DNA of 62,847 nucleotides, filler included. It is 4 parts of 4 records of this genome, joined end to end, with 100 filler letters (N's around TTAATTAATTAA, not from the genome) between each part and the next. Parts side by side here need not be neighbours in the genome. Positions count along the whole stretch, not along the records: positions 1 to 16,131 come from SRR31156797_16290; positions 16,232 to 34,852 come from SRR31156797_16325; 2 more parts are not named here. One strand, given 5' to 3'. The position numbers were made by a program, and so were the translations under genes. Positions 8,853 through 16,282 of the stretch are shown piece after piece. How positions within the stretch are numbered: the first letter of the stretch is position 1; each line of letters begins with the position of its first letter. The notes beneath the pieces were generated by a model, which was not told the origin of the DNA, did not search any database, and was given only the letters and a program-made list of their open reading frames with translations.

Positions 8853-10154
8853 TTAAAGTAAACTGGGTAAAAAAGTAACCGTCGCCGGACAAGCTAGCAT
8901 CAAAGCCACAAGAACAACGTAGGCAATCATGAAGTAACTTACGCCCAGAAAAACCCGGTCAATGGACACATCCTCAGCCATGGAGGCGACAATAAAAGTT
9001 GTCACACCTACTGGAGGAGTAATAGCACCGAGAGTGGTCACGATGGTGATCAAGACCCCGAACCAAACCGGGTCATAACCCATGGCACTGACAATGGGAA
9101 AAAAGATGGGAATGGTGATCAACAGCAGGGCAAGCGCATCCATAACCATGCCGCCGATGATATAGATCACACAGATGAGCAGAATAATCACCGTTGGCGG
9201 AATGGGCAATGCAGCCACAAAATTAGCAGCCTCGAACGGAATACGGGTCACAGCCAGAAAACGCCCGAAGATCACCGCACCAAGCATAACCATCATGATC
9301 ATGCAGGAGACCTTGAGGGTGTCGCTGACAGCTGCGGTAAAACGTTTGAAAGTCATCTCCCGAGAAACAATACTGATTAGCAGCGCAAAAGCTGAGCCTG
9401 CAGCCCCGGCCTCTGTGGGAGTGAACCAGCCGGCAAAAAGTCCCCCCATAACCAGTACAAAAAGGATAATCATCTCAATGGAACCTGGCAGTGAAGCCAG
9501 CTTTTCCTTAAAGGAAACCTCAGGACCAGCCGGCCCCCAGTCAGGATGGGCCACACACATCATGTAAACAGTAAAAAGGAAAAGCGCGCAAAGCAAAACA
9601 CCGGGAATGACTCCGCCCATGAACAACCTGCTGATGGATTCTCCGGTCTGGAGACCGATAATGATCAGCACCACACTGGGAGGGATAACCACGCCGAGAG
9701 TTGCCCCGGCCGCCACTGAGCCAGTGGAAAGGATGGGGTTGTACTTGAACTTCTTCATTTCCGGCAGGGCCACGGTGGACATGGTCGCAGCAGTGGCAGT
9801 GTTGGAACCGCAAATAGCCGCGAATCCGGCACAAGCCATAACCGTTGCCATGGCGATACCGCCGCGGATATGGCCCATCCATGCGTACGCGGATTTGTAG
9901 AGACGCTCATTGACCCCGGAATAAAAACAAATCTGCCCCATAAGGATGAACAAGGGGATAACTGTTAAACCATAGGACGAAAAAACATTCCAGATTTCAG
10001 TACCCAGCATCCCGTAAGCAGCCTTGAGATTCAAAACCTTGGCAAAGCCGATAAACCCGATAATGCCCATGGCAAACCCCACGGGTACACGCAAAACAAG
10101 AATAACCAGAAGCAGGCATAGAACGCCAATAATTCCAACAGTAATTGGTTCCAT
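8853..10154 (-). CDS. dctM: TRAP transporter large permease (DctM)
   Basis: Multi-TM; GSNTATAA, LGVVIPPS, FTPTEAG and ITPPVG motifs; start refined to ATG at 10154. Confidence 0.92.
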   Translation of the reverse strand: MEPITVGIIGVLCLLLVILVLRVPVGFAMGIIGFIGFAKVLNLKAAYGMLGTEIWNVFSSYGLTVIPLFILMGQICFYSGVNERLYKSAYAWMGHIRGGIAMATVMACAGFAAICGSNTATAATMSTVALPEMKKFKYNPILSTGSVAAGATLGVVIPPSVVLIIIGLQTGESISRLFMGGVIPGVLLCALFLFTVYMMCVAHPDWGPAGPEVSFKEKLASLPGSIEMIILFVLVMGGLFAGWFTPTEAGAAGSAFALLISIVSREMTFKRFTAAVSDTLKVSCMIMMVMLGAVIFGRFLAVTRIPFEAANFVAALPIPPTVIILLICVIYIIGGMVMDALALLLITIPIFFPIVSAMGYDPVWFGVLITIVTTLGAITPPVGVTTFIVASMAEDVSIDRVFLGVSYFMIAYVVLVALMLACPATVTFLPSLL

Positions 10155-10158
10155 AATA

Positions 10159-10656
10159 TTAAGCTGGTTTAAGCGGTTCCTTGCCGCGCAGAATACGAAG
10201 AATATCAAGCATGATCACAAAAGCCATAGCCAGACAACCAAAGGCCACCGCAAAAACAAACGGATAAAAATGGATGCCCAAGGTTTCAGAAACTTCCTCA
10301 AGATCATAGAGGAACAGGCCCCATTTGTAGGTCTCGTTGGCACAAAAAAAGAAGAATACACAGGAGACCGCGCTGGACAAGGCATCCAGCACAACCTGCA
10401 CCGGAGCGGGAAAATGCCTGAACAAAAGTCCCACCGCAATATGACTGCGATGCAGCTGCGAAAATCCAAGGGAAAATCCGGCGGTCACCGCGCCGAGAAA
10501 ACCCATCAACTCAAAGGTTCCTTTAACCGGAACCCAAACCGCACGCGAAACCATATTTGCACAGGCCAGCAAAATCATCAGCGTCAACGCCGTCCCGGCA
10601 ATGACTGCCAGAATACGACATATCCAAATGGCTGTTTTTTCTAAATAATCGATCAT
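10159..10656 (-). CDS. dctQ: TRAP transporter small permease (DctQ)
   Basis: 4 TM segments, G-x-EL and HIAV motifs; between dctP and dctM. Confidence 0.88.
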   Translation of the reverse strand: MIDYLEKTAIWICRILAVIAGTALTLMILLACANMVSRAVWVPVKGTFELMGFLGAVTAGFSLGFSQLHRSHIAVGLLFRHFPAPVQVVLDALSSAVSCVFFFFCANETYKWGLFLYDLEEVSETLGIHFYPFVFAVAFGCLAMAFVIMLDILRILRGKEPLKPA

Positions 10657-10729
10657 AATTATATCAAGAGTCTCCCCGTCATTAATGCCGGGAAGACTCT
10701 TTGGTCATATATTCTTTAAAATAAACTAC

Positions 10730-11749
10730 TTACTTTTCATATTTAACGCGCAGAGCTTCCACGTCGGAAAGCACTGCTTCGCCGTCAACACCTTTACTTG
10801 CGGCTTTTTTCTTCCAATCTTCGATCAGCGGCAGGGTCTTATCCTTGATAGCCTGCATGTCTGCATCAGACATTTTGATCATCTCGATGGAATACTTGTC
10901 TTTAGCCCAAGCAAGAGAGCGCTTCACATGCTCATCCATATACTTTCCAGTCCATTCAGCCTGTTCACGACCAAGATCGTTAAGAATTTTTTTGACATCA
11001 TCAGGCAGAGAATTCCATGAACTCATATTCATGATAATGGCGAAAGGATAAACCGCAGTGTTGGTTTCGGTTTCATAACGGCAAATCTCCGCAAAATTCA
11101 AGTCCTTAAGTACCTCAAAAGAAGAGAAAAGGCCTTTGACCACACCCTTCTGCAAGGCTTCAGGGGTCGCAGACATGGGCATGGAAACCGGGGTAGCGCC
11201 GAGGGATTCGAGAATCTTAGACAGAATACCGGAAGCGCGCACTTCAAGACCTTTAAGGTCGCCTAGGTTGCGTACCGGGACCTTGGTCATAATATTGGAA
11301 GGTGCGGAGGTGAACATGGTCAGCACCTTGAAGCGTTTGAATTCCTTAGGCTGGTACTTGGTATAAAGATCCCAGAGAGCGAGACTGGCGGAAGTGGAAG
11401 TAGTAAACCCTAAGGGGAGCTCGAACACGGAACAAAGCGGAAAAACGCCCGGATGGTAGGCAAGGCTTACGCAACCGATATCGGCCTGTCCCTGCATCAC
11501 TCCGCGCAAGGTATTCTTGGCACCGAGCAGGGTTGAACCGGGGTAAGTCTGAACCTGAACTTTACCGGCAGTTCTTTTTTCCACTTCCTGTTTCCAGCGC
11601 TCCATCTGGACACAAGGAAAAGTTTTAGCAGGTGGAAAGTTGGCATAACTGAGGCTGATCTCAGCCGCAGAAGCAACAGACGCACTAAAAAGTACCGCAC
11701 ACAACATAAATACTGCAAGCAACCCGGCTAGTTTTCCGGTTCTCATCAC
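10730..11749 (-). CDS. dctP: TRAP transporter substrate-binding protein (DctP)
   Basis: Signal peptide; DLKGLEVR, LGATPV and EALQKGVV motifs. Confidence 0.9.
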   Translation of the reverse strand: MMRTGKLAGLLAVFMLCAVLFSASVASAAEISLSYANFPPAKTFPCVQMERWKQEVEKRTAGKVQVQTYPGSTLLGAKNTLRGVMQGQADIGCVSLAYHPGVFPLCSVFELPLGFTTSTSASLALWDLYTKYQPKEFKRFKVLTMFTSAPSNIMTKVPVRNLGDLKGLEVRASGILSKILESLGATPVSMPMSATPEALQKGVVKGLFSSFEVLKDLNFAEICRYETETNTAVYPFAIIMNMSSWNSLPDDVKKILNDLGREQAEWTGKYMDEHVKRSLAWAKDKYSIEMIKMSDADMQAIKDKTLPLIEDWKKKAASKGVDGEAVLSDVEALRVKYEK

Positions 11750-11839
11750 GCTTCCTCCATTGTAAGGACTTACTTTTTTGATTGAGCAGCGAAGCAGGGC
11801 AAGGCAACTTCGCCGAAAAAGGATGGTGGGTTATAGCAT

Positions 11840-11872
11840 AAAAAGGGCCCCCCGCAAAGAAGCGGGGGGCCC
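11840..11872 (-). terminator. Intrinsic terminator after the exported VCBS-like gene
   Basis: GGGCCCCCCGC/GCGGGGGGCCC stem plus T-tract on the minus strand. Confidence 0.85.
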
Positions 11873-11883
11873 GGTCAGTTCAA

Positions 11884-13530
11884 TTATTGACCCATCTTAA
11901 GTTCGTAGGCCATGATCAAAGTCTTCCGATGCTTGATGCCCAGAGATCCGGGGAAAGTGTTCAAAATGCAGTATAGTTCATCCTCCCCGTCGTTGTCGAT
12001 ATCAGCAACGCCATAGCTACTCACTGTTCCTTTGATCCTGCGGGTCTTCCATGCGAGGTTCAGACCTACGCCATCCCAGAATTCAGCATGAATTTCACCC
12101 TGAGCGAAGGTTTTGTAGTTTGAAAAGATCTGTCCGGCAATGGAAAGGTCTTTATTTAGCAAAACTTCCTTTTTTTGGGGGTCGGAGATAGAAACAACAG
12201 ATACAGGCATGGGAATGAAGTAATTATGCTCCATACGCTCACTTGCTTTCTCTTCGTTAAGTCCCCTGGACTTTGAAACAGTGTCGATCGCTACAGCAGC
12301 AGAGTTGTAACTATTAGTACTTTCGTAAACCGGCTCAAGACTCTTGTCATAAAGATTAATCCGGCCATGTTTGTTTAGAACAATGATCTTATAGTCGCCA
12401 TCTTTAAGCGGAAGATAGGTCAAGTTAAAAACATTACTGAATTCAGGAACATTCATTTTGCGAATCGGAACCAAAGCACCATTGGAATATGAGTACTCTA
12501 CAAGATCCTTGGAATAAAAAGTCCTGTGCGGATCAAAACGCTGTCCCACAAGGGTTTCAGCATAGTTCGGGGGAGTTTTAACTACTGAAAGAAAGTTCTT
12601 GTTGCGGTCGAGCAGGACTTTCGGAGTCTTATCTTTGAATGAAATGATGTAAGAATAAGGCTTTCTATTCATTTCAGTACACAAGACAACTTCGTGGACT
12701 CCATCCCTGTCCAAATCAATACCACTGACCCGCAAACCGGAAGCACGTTTATTATATGAGAAACTAACGACTTCTTTCAGATGCTGGCCGTTAATAGCCA
12801 TTACCTTCACGTCATTTTCAGACAATACAACCAGATCTTTCTTACCATCACCGGTCACATCCTCTACAAATCCGCCAAGGTTGACGAATTTCATGGTCTG
12901 GCTGCGCCAGCGGCCCGGTGTTTCTGTTCCGCCCTGATATCTAAACTGAGGGTTGATAGTACTTTCAAGAACTTTGCCCGCCCCTGCAGCAGTAACAAAC
13001 TCAGGGTTTACAGGACTGTCAGGGCGTGCATTATCGCGTTTTTTATCTTCTTCGCTCTTCTTTTTACTGCCCGGTTTCTCAAAAAGCTGTCCCTTGATAT
13101 CTTTGGCAATACCATCAATTGCGGGAATAAGTTCGGAAATTGTTGTATCGGCACTCTTGGTCCAGGAATGCCCTTCAGCATTGATCATGCGCACATCAAC
13201 AGAAGCCTGCTTACCGACTATGACCACAGACCCTATTGCAATATAATCAACACCAAGAGTTTGAACTTTCTTAACTTCCTCAACCTTGTCCTTGGGTGCA
13301 TCCGCAGCTTTCAAATCGGAAGAACCGGCCATGGGCTCAAAATGCCCGGTCCAGTTCAAGCGGGAAGTCAGCATGGTCTGAACACCACGGCTCAGATATT
13401 TGTATTGGGAAGGGCCATTGATTTCAAAAGGGTAAACCGCATAAGTACGGGCTTCTTTGGCAAAGGCAGTAGTTGCAGCCAGCATGGTAACGGCGACAAT
13501 GAAAAAAATCATCAAACGTCGAAACGACAT
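11884..13530 (-). CDS. Exported protein: TolB-N/CsgG-like N-domain plus FG-GAP/VCBS-repeat beta-propeller
   Basis: Signal peptide (AFA); DVTGDGKKDL, DLDRDGVHEV and DIDNDGEDEL Ca-binding-type repeats. Confidence 0.7.
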   Translation of the reverse strand: MSFRRLMIFFIVAVTMLAATTAFAKEARTYAVYPFEINGPSQYKYLSRGVQTMLTSRLNWTGHFEPMAGSSDLKAADAPKDKVEEVKKVQTLGVDYIAIGSVVIVGKQASVDVRMINAEGHSWTKSADTTISELIPAIDGIAKDIKGQLFEKPGSKKKSEEDKKRDNARPDSPVNPEFVTAAGAGKVLESTINPQFRYQGGTETPGRWRSQTMKFVNLGGFVEDVTGDGKKDLVVLSENDVKVMAINGQHLKEVVSFSYNKRASGLRVSGIDLDRDGVHEVVLCTEMNRKPYSYIISFKDKTPKVLLDRNKNFLSVVKTPPNYAETLVGQRFDPHRTFYSKDLVEYSYSNGALVPIRKMNVPEFSNVFNLTYLPLKDGDYKIIVLNKHGRINLYDKSLEPVYESTNSYNSAAVAIDTVSKSRGLNEEKASERMEHNYFIPMPVSVVSISDPQKKEVLLNKDLSIAGQIFSNYKTFAQGEIHAEFWDGVGLNLAWKTRRIKGTVSSYGVADIDNDGEDELYCILNTFPGSLGIKHRKTLIMAYELKMGQ

Positions 13531-13914
13531 CGTTAATCCTCCAGACTAAAATTTACAGTCAATATATGTTGTGATTACAAAATATTATCCATCAATAAGA
13601 ACACACCGGCAAAACATCATGGTGGCAGCCGGCCCTGCCTGATTTTCAAAAACGGGTTAAACGCTTGTAGCAGCTAATGCAACGGTACGCAAAGTCAAAG
13701 ATATGGACAAACGCACGATGCACTTGTCAAACGGGCATTGCTGTTTTATCTCTCTGGCTCCTGTTTATAAGGGTTTTAAGATTTTTTTATATCCCGGCCT
13801 GTCTTCCTTAAGTTATATCAGGCCAGAATTTTACATAATTTTACCTTTTTTTGCGGACTCCTGCTCCTTTGGCGCCTCTCAATCTCTCACACCCACGACC
13901 GCAACTTACTTTAT

Positions 13915-15171
13915 ATGAATACAGATTTAAGAACATTCAGGCTGGTCTGCTCCCCCAAGGATGTGGAAGCAGTAGAAGAATTGCTTCGCGCTCAGGGCTT
14001 TAAATTCAGGCCGGAACCTTTCTACTCCATGGCCCGTATTCTGGAAAAAGAACCTTTCCCGCTGGGCGAATCCGTTGCCGCAAGGTTTGGTCGTATATAC
14101 ATTCAGGACCGTTCCTCCATGCTGCCCCCGCTCATGCTGGCCCCGGAAGAAGGCGATGTAGTTCTCGATATGTGTGCCGCTCCCGGCAGTAAAACCGGTT
14201 TGCTGGCCCGCTTGGTGGGCCGTGACGGTTTTGTCCTTGCCAGTGAACCTTCCAGCGACCGACTGGCCCTGCTGCGTCAGAACCTTCGCAAGGTACAGGC
14301 CGTGAATACCGCAACTGTGCACTACGAATCCCAAAAGCTGCCACTGCCGCCCTCAAGCTGGAAAACCATCCAACTCGACCCGCCGTGCAGCGGCTGGGGA
14401 ACGCTGAATAAAAACCCCAAAGCCATGGAAGTCTGGAAAGGTGATAAAACCATCCCGCTGGTCAACCTGCAACGCAAACTGCTGAGCAAAGCCTATGAAC
14501 TGCTCGCCCCCGGTGGACGGCTGGTTTACTCCACCTGCACCACCAATGTGCAGGAAAACGAGGAACAGACCCGTTTTGCCACCAAAGAACTGGGCTTCGA
14601 ACTTTTCGATCTCCCACAGCCCGAAGGATTCACCATTGCCAACCCGCTACTGCCAAATATGGACGGAGTGCTGCGCGTGGACGGTTCCGGCGGAGGTCAA
14701 GGATTTTACCTCTGCGGGTTGCGCAAACCGGGCAATGAAGAAACGCAAATCCCGGACACCTGTAACCCTCCGGGTAAAAAAATAAATCTCAAGAAAACCG
14801 AAATTCCCGACTCGGTAGATCTTTCCGCCCTGCCTGAAGGTGAAATTTACGAATTCAAAGGCAAGGCTATGTTCTTAAACAAGCATGCCCTTGAAATTCT
14901 GCCTAAGGAACTGCGCTGGCAAGGGTTCCATATCGGCAAGTTCAACCGGGACAAGTTCAAACCCGACCCGTTCGGGCGCTGCCTGCTGCCGGAGAAGCCG
15001 GACAGCTCGGCATTGGTAATTGAAAAGCCACAGGACATAGCCAATCTTCTGGCAGGGCAAAGTCTGCCCGCTCCGGCCAAGGGCAAAGGCCCGGTCGGAC
15101 TCTATTATAAAGATATGCTGCTCGGATTCACCGGAAAGAAAGGACCCCGGTTTGTCTGGACAGATAAGTAA
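13915..15171 (+). CDS. rsmF: RsmB/NOP-family m5C RNA methyltransferase (RsmF-like)
   Basis: YIQD-SSM, LDMCAAPGSKT, DPPCSG and YSTCT..ENE motifs. Confidence 0.85.
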   Translation: MNTDLRTFRLVCSPKDVEAVEELLRAQGFKFRPEPFYSMARILEKEPFPLGESVAARFGRIYIQDRSSMLPPLMLAPEEGDVVLDMCAAPGSKTGLLARLVGRDGFVLASEPSSDRLALLRQNLRKVQAVNTATVHYESQKLPLPPSSWKTIQLDPPCSGWGTLNKNPKAMEVWKGDKTIPLVNLQRKLLSKAYELLAPGGRLVYSTCTTNVQENEEQTRFATKELGFELFDLPQPEGFTIANPLLPNMDGVLRVDGSGGGQGFYLCGLRKPGNEETQIPDTCNPPGKKINLKKTEIPDSVDLSALPEGEIYEFKGKAMFLNKHALEILPKELRWQGFHIGKFNRDKFKPDPFGRCLLPEKPDSSALVIEKPQDIANLLAGQSLPAPAKGKGPVGLYYKDMLLGFTGKKGPRFVWTDK

Positions 15172-15193
15172 AAAGATAAGGATCAATTCAATA

Positions 15194-15970
15194 ATGAACG
15201 GAACTAACCGCCGCCTGAAAAGGCTTTTTGATAAAGAAAGCGGAAACGCACTGATTCTGGCTCTTGACCACGGAGCCAATGAAGGCATGATCGATGGACT
15301 CGGCTCCATCCAGTCCATCCTTGAAGCCCTGCCTGCATCCGGTGTGCAGGGGGTCATCCTCAACAAGGGACTGGCCATGCATTACGGACACCTTGTGCCA
15401 CCGGACGTGAACCTGATCATCCAGCTCAACGCCGGAACAAGGCACGGCTCGCCGTCCTATAACAAAAACATTGTCTGCTCCATTTCCGAAGCCCTGCGCC
15501 TCGGAGCTGACGCTGTCTCCATGCACGTAAATATCGGCAATGAACTGGAAGACCGCATGCTGGTGGACCTCGGCGAAATCACCGACGAAGCGCATCAGCT
15601 GGGAATCCCGGTACTCGCAACTGTGCTGGCAAGAGGCAGCCAGATTGTGAACGAGCATGATTCCAGTCTGGTAGCCCACTGTATCCGCATCGGTGCGGAA
15701 CTGGGACCGGATATCGTAGCCGTCCCCTACCCCAACAACGGCGATACCTTCATGAAAGCCGTGGCCGCCAGCCCGGTTCCGGTACTGGTTACCGGAGGAC
15801 CGCTGGGCCAAAATCTGGAAGGTGCTCTGAACAACACAGCAGGGGGACTTGAGTCAGGATGTAAAGGCTGTTGCATCGGCAGAAACATATTTCAGACCGA
15901 AGACCCTATTGAGAGCATGGAAAAGTTCGCTGAAATTGCACATAAAAAACCAAATATTTCAGCTGACTAG
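15194..15970 (+). CDS. DhnA/ADH-synthase (AroA')-like class I aldolase homolog, catalytic Lys apparently replaced
   Basis: ALDHG, EALRLGADAVS-HVNIG, AELGPDIV(A)VPY, PVPVLVTGG and GRNIFQ motifs; start refined to ATG 15194. Confidence 0.85.
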   Translation: MNGTNRRLKRLFDKESGNALILALDHGANEGMIDGLGSIQSILEALPASGVQGVILNKGLAMHYGHLVPPDVNLIIQLNAGTRHGSPSYNKNIVCSISEALRLGADAVSMHVNIGNELEDRMLVDLGEITDEAHQLGIPVLATVLARGSQIVNEHDSSLVAHCIRIGAELGPDIVAVPYPNNGDTFMKAVAASPVPVLVTGGPLGQNLEGALNNTAGGLESGCKGCCIGRNIFQTEDPIESMEKFAEIAHKKPNISAD

Positions 15971-16000
15971 AATTTATTTTAAATATATTCCAAAAATCGT

Positions 16001-16029
16001 TTGACAAAACAGGCCGACATCGGCAGTAT
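16001..16029 (+). promoter_or_regulatory. Sigma70-type promoter for the tRNA gene
   Basis: TTGACA-17 nt-CAGTAT with an AT-rich upstream element. Confidence 0.55.
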
Positions 16030-16101
16030 CCCTCTTCGTGGACGGGGGGCAAACAGAATGAACGCAAACATTCAAGCCACTTACAAATCCACACCGACAG
16101 T

Positions 16102-16131
16102 GGGCGGATAGCTCAGTTGGGAGAGCATCGG
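16102..16131 (+). tRNA. 5' fragment of a tRNA (probably tRNA-Val), cut by the contig end
   Basis: GGGCGGATAGCTCAGTTGGGAGAGCATCGG is an acceptor-stem 5' strand plus D-arm. The anticodon is not present, so identity is inferred. Confidence 0.8.
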
Positions 16132-16231
16132 NNNNNNNNNNNNNNNNNNNNNNNNNNNNNNNNNNNNNNNNNNNNTTAATTAATTAANNNNNNNNNNNNN
16201 NNNNNNNNNNNNNNNNNNNNNNNNNNNNNNN
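16132..16231. other. Artificial contig spacer (N44-TTAATTAATTAA-N44)
   Basis: Stop-codon linker flanked by Ns; base composition changes abruptly across it. Confidence 0.98.
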
Positions 16232-16282
16232 TTATATTAATATAATCGTGCTTTCTCTTTTCTTTATGAATTACAAATCCAT

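Noticed and set aside
13703-13918. 71-aa ORF upstream of rsmF
   Set aside because: No RBS or motif; lies in a divergent promoter region with its own hairpin, probably non-coding.
16176-16187. TTAATTAATTAA palindrome, repeated three times in the window
   Set aside because: Artificial linker inside the N spacers, not biological.
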